Part shown: positions 51,101-56,238 of the stretch, piece by piece | Layout: each line of letters begins with the position of its first letter | Numbering within the stretch: position 1 is the first letter of the stretch | Assembly (NCBI GenBank): GCA_024710535.1 | Contig: JANJUO010000279.1 | Span: 1-56,238 of the forward strand | Length of the DNA stretch: 56,238 nucleotides | Source: a bacterium | GTDB taxonomy: Bacteria; Bacteroidota; Ignavibacteria; Kapaibacteriales; UBA2268 | Direction: 5' to 3' | The notes under the pieces: model-generated | What the model was told of the DNA's origin: nothing | What the model saw: the letters and a program-made list of their open reading frames with translations, nothing else | Database searches by the model: none | Program-made: the position numbers and the translations under genes

Positions 51101-54100
51101 ATCGCTCCAGCGCGCCCCGGCCGCTTGCCGGCAACGTAGTCCCGGGCAGCCCCGACCAGTTCAGCAACAAACAGATCAGCGCGCTGTTGCTGGGTCAGCG
51201 TCCCGTCCAGCCAATCGGTCAGCTTCTGCGCCAGGGCGGTGTATCCACGCCCGTCCAACCAGTCGCGAACATTGAGCACCAGCTTGCGCCAGCCGCGAAG
51301 CTGTGCCAGTTGCGCGGTCGGGATGTCGACGATCACCTCCTCGGTGGCCACCACATCGGAGAGCTTCCCGCGCTTCTGCAGCTCGGTTGCCGCCTTGCGC
51401 ACACTGGCGTTCTGCGCATGGATCAAGCGCATCGCCGACTTCAGAGACGTGCCCAAAATGGCGCGCAGGCCGTAGTGGGCGGCTTCGTGCTCCACCAGCA
51501 CGTGCTCGGCACGCGCCTCATCGGCCAGACCAGAGGCGAACAGGTAGAGCTCGCCGTCGTGCATGGCGCCCTCAACGTCGTACCAGGCATCCTGGCGGAT
51601 GATGTACTCGCGAAGGGCGCGTGGCGCCTTGGATGGATCCGGGAGCACGTGCACCCGCGGCATGTTGGGCATGCCGGCTTTCACGCGCTTGGCCAGGGCC
51701 TGCAGTCGGTCGAAGTCGAGCTTATCGGTGTTGCCATCACGTGCACGGAGCGAAAGCCGCGGGCTATCCGCTTCGGCCTGGGTTTCCTCGACTTGCAGCT
51801 TGGCAACCCACTCCTCGGGCGCGCCGCCATTCGTCTCGATGGCCTTCATGATGGCCGCCGATTCGTTGACCGCCTTGACATCAAACCCCAGACCATCGGC
51901 CTTGCGCTCGACGCGGTAGGTCTTGTCGGTGCTGTCGGACTTGATGGCGTCCTCGATGGCCTGGGCCTCCTTGATCTTGTCGGCCAACATGGCAGACATG
52001 GGGAAGGGTGCGCTCAGACGTTCGCGCAGCGCATCCATCTGGGCCCGTGCTTCGGTGATGCGCTCCCGCATCTTGACCGGCAGGCGTGCCACGTCGGCCA
52101 CGGCGTTCTGAGCGCGCATGGCCAGGCCCGACAGGTTCGGTTTGATGTCGTAGGACTCGTGCAGGAACTTCGGCTCTGGCGTGCCCAGCACCAGGCGGGT
52201 GACGTACTGGCCGGCAACCGTCTCGCCTCCGAAAACCACCGGAAAGCCGGAGATTTCGGCAACGGTACGCGGCTTCGTCTCCTGGGCGGCGTTCAGCTTG
52301 TCGAACTCGGCAACCAGGGCCTCGGCCCACTTGGCGCGCTCGGTGAACGCCTTGCCCCCCGCCTTGGCGATGAACTTGTCGCCGCTCAGATCCTTGGCCA
52401 TGGCGGCGGCCTTCTCTGCCTCTGGCAGGCGCTTCTCGTTGAACTCCACCGTGACGCTGGCCGCGTCGAACTGCGACCGGAACCGCTGGCGCTGGTCTTC
52501 ATGGGCCTGGTACAGGCGCTGCAGCTTCTCGATCTCAGCACGGGCGCCAGCCAGTTGGAGCACGCGAGGATCTTCCGCCACCATAGCCGCTGCCAGGTCA
52601 AACTGGCTCTGGCTGTCCAGATCCTCGATCTCGGTCAGGCTTTCATCGCCGGACATGGCCTGGTCGATGAAATACTGCTTCGAGGCCAGCATCTTCCACA
52701 TGTTCTCGTCATAGGTGCCCTTGGCCGCGTAGGCGTAGATCTGCACCAATGGGTTCTTGTTGCCCTGGCGGACGATGCGGCCCTCCCGCTGCTCCAGGTC
52801 GGCCGGGTACCACGGGCTGTCCAGGTGGAACAGGGCCTTGAGTCGCTGCTGTGCGTTGACGCCAGTCCCCATGTTCTTGGAGCTACCCACCAGCACGCGA
52901 ACACGGCCAGCGTTGACGTCCTTGAACAGCTTGAGCTTGTCGGCCGACTTCTTGTAGTCGGACATAAACGCGACCTGGTTCATGGGCACACCCGCGTCGC
53001 GCATGCGCTTCTCGAACCAGGCACGGGCGTTGAAGCCGCGGCTCTCGGCCACGCCTTCGCCAAACCCCAAGTCAGAGAACACCATCATCGAGGCGCCTTT
53101 GTTGGGCTCGACATTCCCGGCCTTGTCTCGGTACTCCAGATCGGCAGTTTCCTTGAACTTGGCGATGACGTCGTCGATCATCCGGTTCAGCTTGGAGTCC
53201 GGGTCGCTGGGCAGCGATGGGTTGATGAACCGCATGTCGATGGCAGCCAGGCGGCCGTCACCAATGATCCGAATCATCGGATCCGGGTTGTTCGGCTGAT
53301 CCTTGCTCGGCTTCCAGGCACGGGATTCCTCGACGCGGCGCTCCAGCTCCTTCTGGTACTCCGCATAGGCGGGGGTCTTGGGCGTGACGGTGATGCTTCG
53401 TGATCCGCCTTCGACCTTGGGGCGCTTGTCACCCAGCAAAGCGGCCAGGTGGTCAGACGTCAGCACGTCCGCGAACTCCCTGAACATCTGGGTCAGCGCG
53501 GGCACCTTCACGAACTTGGTGAACCGGGTCACCGGCGTGTATCGCCCAGCGGCATCGGGCTCCAACGTCGTGCGTTCGCGGCCGAACATGGCTGCCCACG
53601 AATCGAAGTCGTCGATGTTGCGGTCAATCAGGGCCTGACGGTCCATGAACTTCTGCACCGTGTAGAGCTCGGCCAGGGTGTTGGTGATCACCGTGCCGGA
53701 TGCCATCACCAGGGAGCGGCCGGGCTGCTTTTCCTCCAGGTACCGGGACTTCATATACAGGTCGAACGCCTTGGCGGACCCCTGGGGACTGATGCCCTTG
53801 ACCTGGCGGGTGGTGGCGAAGTCCAGCTTGCGGTACTCGTGCGCCTCGTCGACCATCAGGAAGTCGACGCCCAGCTCGTCGAAGCGGACGTTCTTGTCCT
53901 TGCCTTCTGAGGACATGGCGGCTTCCAGCTTCTGCTCCATGTTCTCGATCTGCTTTTCGATCTGCTTGACCCGGGGGGACTTTCGGCCGCCGCCTTCGCT
54001 CTTGTCGTCCTGCTGGGCCTCGCTCAAGGCTGCCTGCATGAACTCCAGTTGCTCCTCGATCATCTTGCGCTTGAAATCGCCATCCAGATCCAGCAGCTTG

Positions 54101-56238
54101 AACGCACTGTGGGTGATGATCACGCCATCCAGATCGGACAGAGCCACGCGCGAGACGAAGCGGCGGCGGTTGTCGGTGTGGAAGTTGTTTTCATCGGCCA
54201 CCATCAGGCGGGCAGCCGGGTACAGCAGTTGCCACTCGTGGGCAAACTGCTTGAGCATGTGGTTGGGCACGACAACCATGGGCTTCTTGATCAACCCCAG
54301 GCGTTTCTGCTCCATGGCGGCAATGACCATCTGGAAGGTCTTGCCGGATCCAACCGCGTGCGCCAGATAGGTGTTGCCCTGCTGGATGATGCGCCAGGCC
54401 CCGCGCTTGACGTGATCGAAGACCTGGAAGGCCTTGGACGTGCCAGGCAGCGTCAGGTGCGATCCGTCGAACTTGCGCGAGACGGTGGTATTGAACCGGT
54501 CGTTGTAGATCTTGACCAGGCGATCGGTGCGCTCAGAATCGTTCCAGACCCAGGCCTGGAATGCTTCGCGCATGGCGTCCAGCTTCTGGTTGGCTGCTTC
54601 CGTGCCAGCGGCATCAAAAACGCTCTTGCGGTCTTTGCCCGTGCCCTCGGTCTTGGTGATGCGAACCGGGCGACCGGTCAGCGCGTGCTCGAGCAGGTCG
54701 GTCGCGTTGCGTTGATCGGTACCGTGATCAGCAGTTGCCCGCGTGGTTTTGCCGCCGCTGATCTCCTTGACGATCCACTGCTTGGTGGCGTCGTTGAACT
54801 CGACCTCGGCGCGAACCCCGGCCAGGTCATACAGGAACTGAGCGTAATCAGACCCAGGAATCCAGTTCTCTCCCAGGCCGGGGGAGATCTGGCTGGGCAC
54901 CTTCGGCGCGGGCTGGGCGGCTTCCAGGGCGGTGACGTTGCGCTCATAACGGCGGTCTGCCTGGGCCGCGGCGCGCACGGCTTCGAGCTTCTTGCGGACG
55001 TTGCCGCTCAGATACTCGTCGGCCGTCTGCCAGCCGGCCTCGGGATCCTGATAGATCGTCGATCCCAAGGCCTCGATGGTGTCCTGCTCGGACATACCTA
55101 CGCGCTGGGCGATCAGCTCAACATCCACACGACCAACGTCGTTGAGGACCGTCAGCAATGCGTCCACCGGTGAATTGATGGCCGGCTCCTCAGGCTTACC
55201 GAGGACGCGCTGGGTCAGGAACGCCGAGGGCTTGATTTCCCCGGTGTCGTCGTTGATCGTCTCCAGCGCGGCGACCAAGCTGTAATCGGGGTCATCGCGC
55301 AGCTTCTGCAGCAGCGGAAACACCCGAACGGTTGCCTCGTCCGTGTACTCCTGGCCGGTGTCCTCGTCGATCGCCTTGGTCTTGACGACCTTGGTGGTGA
55401 ACTGGTTGACCTGGCCATGCTTCTTCGTGAAGCGCTCGTATTCCTTCTGCAGGGCAGCAAGGCTGGGCTGCCAGTCGCCGTCCGTGAGCTGGTCGTAGTG
55501 GGCCTGCTTGAGAGCATCGCGCAGCGGCACAAAGTCCTTGATCAGCTCAACATCCTTGGCCGACTTCAGTTGCACCCGCTGGCCGACACCCTCCTCCCGG
55601 ATCATCAGCACGCCAGCGTCGGTGACGTAGTAATTGCCCTCCTTCTGGGCCTTCGGGTTGAAATCAATCTCCCGGACCTTGGCGGCCTCGGCCGCGCTGC
55701 CGCGCTCGGCTTTGTAGATGTCGGCCGGCAGCGTTTCCACCGCCTTGGCAAATTGCTCCTCGATGTCGCCAGCCAACGGGGTGACGGTGTACTCACGGGC
55801 CCGGCGCATTGATCCCTCGGCGGAGTGCTGGCCCAAGACCATTTCCGGGTGCGCGGCGAAGTATTCGTTGATCATGGCTGGCCGGTCGGCGTCGCCTTCC
55901 TTGTTGCCGCTGACCATCAGGGCTTTGCCGTCTGCGGTCTTGGCCTCGGCCACGCCCAGCCAGGGCTGCGCGTAGGTGAAGGTTTCCCCGGGCACCTTCT
56001 TGCGCAGAAACAGCACGTCAGTGACCACTTCGGTCCCGGCATTGGCCTTGAACGCGGTTTGCGGCAGACGGATGGCGCCCACCAGGTCGGCGCGCTCGGC
56101 CAGGTACTTTCGGGCCTTGTCGTCCAGCTTGTCCATCGTGTACCGGCTGGTGACGAACATCACCAGGCCGCCGGGCTTGACGCGATCAATGGTTTTGGCA
56201 AAGAAGTAGTCATGCAGCGACAGCGCGCGCTTGGCATA
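48196..56238 (-). CDS. Giant polyvalent multidomain protein, C-terminal part (2,680 codons plus stop); DarB-like N6-methyltransferase end, SF2 DEAH helicase, HExxH metallopeptidase-like region, hydrophobic C-terminal region
   Basis: The track ORF 48196..56163 extends in frame to the window end and matches nt 1-141. Motifs: Walker A GSGKT 54337-54351, DEAH 53839-53850, helicase C motifs (GTGVNAQ, EQREGRIVRQGN), HEAAH 51475-51489. Hydrophobic stretches lie near the C-terminus (e.g. KLMKLMMLAGGLNALGVLLGGGG). Confidence 0.85.
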   Translation of the reverse strand, partial: YAKRALSLHDYFFAKTIDRVKPGGLVMFVTSRYTMDKLDDKARKYLAERADLVGAIRLPQTAFKANAGTEVVTDVLFLRKKVPGETFTYAQPWLGVAEAKTADGKALMVSGNKEGDADRPAMINEYFAAHPEMVLGQHSAEGSMRRAREYTVTPLAGDIEEQFAKAVETLPADIYKAERGSAAEAAKVREIDFNPKAQKEGNYYVTDAGVLMIREEGVGQRVQLKSAKDVELIKDFVPLRDALKQAHYDQLTDGDWQPSLAALQKEYERFTKKHGQVNQFTTKVVKTKAIDEDTGQEYTDEATVRVFPLLQKLRDDPDYSLVAALETINDDTGEIKPSAFLTQRVLGKPEEPAINSPVDALLTVLNDVGRVDVELIAQRVGMSEQDTIEALGSTIYQDPEAGWQTADEYLSGNVRKKLEAVRAAAQADRRYERNVTALEAAQPAPKVPSQISPGLGENWIPGSDYAQFLYDLAGVRAEVEFNDATKQWIVKEISGGKTTRATADHGTDQRNATDLLEHALTGRPVRITKTEGTGKDRKSVFDAAGTEAANQKLDAMREAFQAWVWNDSERTDRLVKIYNDRFNTTVSRKFDGSHLTLPGTSKAFQVFDHVKRGAWRIIQQGNTYLAHAVGSGKTFQMVIAAMEQKRLGLIKKPMVVVPNHMLKQFAHEWQLLYPAARLMVADENNFHTDNRRRFVSRVALSDLDGVIITHSAFKLLDLDGDFKRKMIEEQLEFMQAALSEAQQDDKSEGGGRKSPRVKQIEKQIENMEQKLEAAMSSEGKDKNVRFDELGVDFLMVDEAHEYRKLDFATTRQVKGISPQGSAKAFDLYMKSRYLEEKQPGRSLVMASGTVITNTLAELYTVQKFMDRQALIDRNIDDFDSWAAMFGRERTTLEPDAAGRYTPVTRFTKFVKVPALTQMFREFADVLTSDHLAALLGDKRPKVEGGSRSITVTPKTPAYAEYQKELERRVEESRAWKPSKDQPNNPDPMIRIIGDGRLAAIDMRFINPSLPSDPDSKLNRMIDDVIAKFKETADLEYRDKAGNVEPNKGASMMVFSDLGFGEGVAESRGFNARAWFEKRMRDAGVPMNQVAFMSDYKKSADKLKLFKDVNAGRVRVLVGSSKNMGTGVNAQQRLKALFHLDSPWYPADLEQREGRIVRQGNKNPLVQIYAYAAKGTYDENMWKMLASKQYFIDQAMSGDESLTEIEDLDSQSQFDLAAAMVAEDPRVLQLAGARAEIEKLQRLYQAHEDQRQRFRSQFDAASVTVEFNEKRLPEAEKAAAMAKDLSGDKFIAKAGGKAFTERAKWAEALVAEFDKLNAAQETKPRTVAEISGFPVVFGGETVAGQYVTRLVLGTPEPKFLHESYDIKPNLSGLAMRAQNAVADVARLPVKMRERITEARAQMDALRERLSAPFPMSAMLADKIKEAQAIEDAIKSDSTDKTYRVERKADGLGFDVKAVNESAAIMKAIETNGGAPEEWVAKLQVEETQAEADSPRLSLRARDGNTDKLDFDRLQALAKRVKAGMPNMPRVHVLPDPSKAPRALREYIIRQDAWYDVEGAMHDGELYLFASGLADEARAEHVLVEHEAAHYGLRAILGTSLKSAMRLIHAQNASVRKAATELQKRGKLSDVVATEEVIVDIPTAQLAQLRGWRKLVLNVRDWLDGRGYTALAQKLTDWLDGTLTQQQRADLFVAELVGAARDYVAGKRPGRAGAIFGTRLSGTLAEDIAKQEAWLQAEARARGFKDIEDLLERDYPTFEKLAELWRKKNPAEALLSRSAPPGGAGKTVADRAEAIIQKKAGGSAPLDAIARAATKVTGVERLTGAIYDRAGALLDRMVPEKVKAGIVSDYGVPEAVIDQRIMLQGRQRVQLRKAGTLIEKLATLTREESRVAYEWMNMDGSDPKAYLSMMQGLPEESVQVLQEVQKLIDDLSQEAVRLGQLDKEAFERNRFAYLRRSYAKHILAQTAGEKAKRSRVISILGDQYKGRGLVQAEPMSKMQAASPDWWGRKLKDGKADTALKGQKFIRLEKRPQPGAGTRALPGMDPAAPGRTSKVVYVPAGQAIPQQFSDWIQADTWEVRDVKAGNVVLWRDFTKDERQQMGEVDEARFAIAKTMHAMIHDVEVGRYLEWLARNYSKAEGQTIPGVVVEASERYRDTFAPNEWVKVPDTKIPGTSVLKYGALAGHYLPGPIWNDLRQVVGGQFRPFGDAYAKILSMWKTSKTALSPAVHMNNVMSNFVMADWQDVRAVHVAKSLRIILAASGKKGGIADSAAALEVLNRYKDSGGDIGSWVTQEIAKEQLDPILSELEVELAATADQAMDAQAGIYAALQHALGARFPAAWEALASGKTGKAVGNAAGALIDLYQAEDDVFRLAAWLKAKEDGADDLAAGKKARRSFLDYNINAPWVQAMRSTAWPFISFTYRAVPLLFEIAGKKPHKLMKLMMLAGGLNALGVLLGGGGDDDERKMLPEEKAGRIWGMVPKLIRMPWNDAHGSPVYLDIRRWVPVGDVFDVGAGNAAVPMFPGLMPGGPLVIAGEIVLNKSAFTGKPLTLETDTGAEKAAKVGDYLYKAFAPNIVGLPNTYATEGVVGSMTGRTDAFGRELSTPQAMASAFGVKLGSYPADVLRRNLGAKAMAEASEIDKNIGQLKRQLATGRIDRQEFDEQAAVQIEKKRKLMQEVREKLN
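56098..56238. repeat. Terminal overlap copy 2 (identical to 1-141)
   Basis: Same comparison as copy 1. The offset of 56,097 is divisible by 3, so the reading frame is preserved across the join. Confidence 0.95.

Larger units (their letters stand above)
1..56238. mobile_element. Complete, circularly closed temperate phage genome (unique circle 56,097 bp), podophage-like with a Bcep22-like layout
   Basis: The ends overlap by 141 identical nt. Present: integrase plus partial tRNA-Asp (attP), CI/Cro-type switch, replication genes, RecT/exonuclease, TerS/TerL, portal, scaffold, N4-gp56-type capsid, tail and lysis genes. One ~4,600-codon ORF is the hallmark reported for phages Bcep22/BcepIL02. Confidence 0.8.

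Noticed and set aside
48772-53403. A 1,543-aa plus-strand ORF, with similar long ORFs at 54049..55173 (+), 8652..9710 (+), 18766..19914 (+), 21671..22831 (+), 27735..28829 (+), 40252..41550 (-), 45195..46421 (-) and 38011..38736 (-).
   Set aside because: All lie antisense to, or out of frame with, clearly protein-like genes. Their translations are R/G/P/A/H-rich junk. They are shadow ORFs of the kind expected in GC-rich DNA.
56098-56238. The 141-bp terminal direct repeat as genuine phage direct terminal repeats (physical ends).
   Set aside because: The repeat lies in the middle of a methyltransferase domain and preserves the reading frame across the join. This fits an assembly overlap of a circular or permuted genome better than real termini.

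Overview
The window is a GC-rich, complete, circularly closed temperate phage genome. Nt 1-141 are identical to nt 56098-56238, so the unique circle is 56,097 bp, and the join falls inside a methyltransferase domain. This makes it an assembly or permutation overlap, not a physical end.

Layout:
- A long minus-strand block (34560 down to 5982) carries a Cro-like regulator, replication genes (DUF1376/O-like with embedded iterons, lambda-P-like), TerS, a TraR-type zinc finger, TerL, portal, scaffold, a CsrA homologue, an N4-gp56/epsilon15-type major capsid protein, a decoration protein, tail and fibre genes, a lysis cassette (holin, membrane-anchored transglycosylase, Rz with embedded Rz1) and internal-virion genes.
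- The block ends in one stop-free minus-strand ORF of 4,607 codons that runs 5922->1 and wraps to 56238->48196. It is about a quarter of the genome.
- The plus strand (34628-46805) carries a CI-like repressor, two envelope morons, small early genes, RecT, a YqaJ-type exonuclease, a MazG-like protein, DUF2303, an HNH-like protein, DUF4224, a small DNA methyltransferase and a tyrosine integrase.
- Between the integrase and attP (the 3' 50 nt of tRNA-Asp) lies a Panacea-domain antitoxin plus putative toxin pair.

The layout, including a roughly 4,600-residue virion-type multidomain gene, matches what is published for Bcep22-like Burkholderia podophages.

The most interesting observation is inside the giant ORF. 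It never hits a stop, but it contains three short islands where codon-position GC and protein-likeness switch to the +1 frame. Two islands have their own SD and ATG; one ends in a TGATG restart. It also contains a 48 % GC gap holding an operator-like palindrome that recurs at the early promoters, and a possible antisense small gene. The polyvalent protein may therefore be several expression units as well as one fusion.

Other points worth a second look are a RelA/SpoT-like domain in the giant protein, a CsrA homologue directly upstream of a GGA-containing capsid leader, and a SAM-methyltransferase/PP-loop fusion in the virion module.

All calls come from hand translation and motif recognition. 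No database search was run. Non-CDS coordinates may be off by 1-2 nt.
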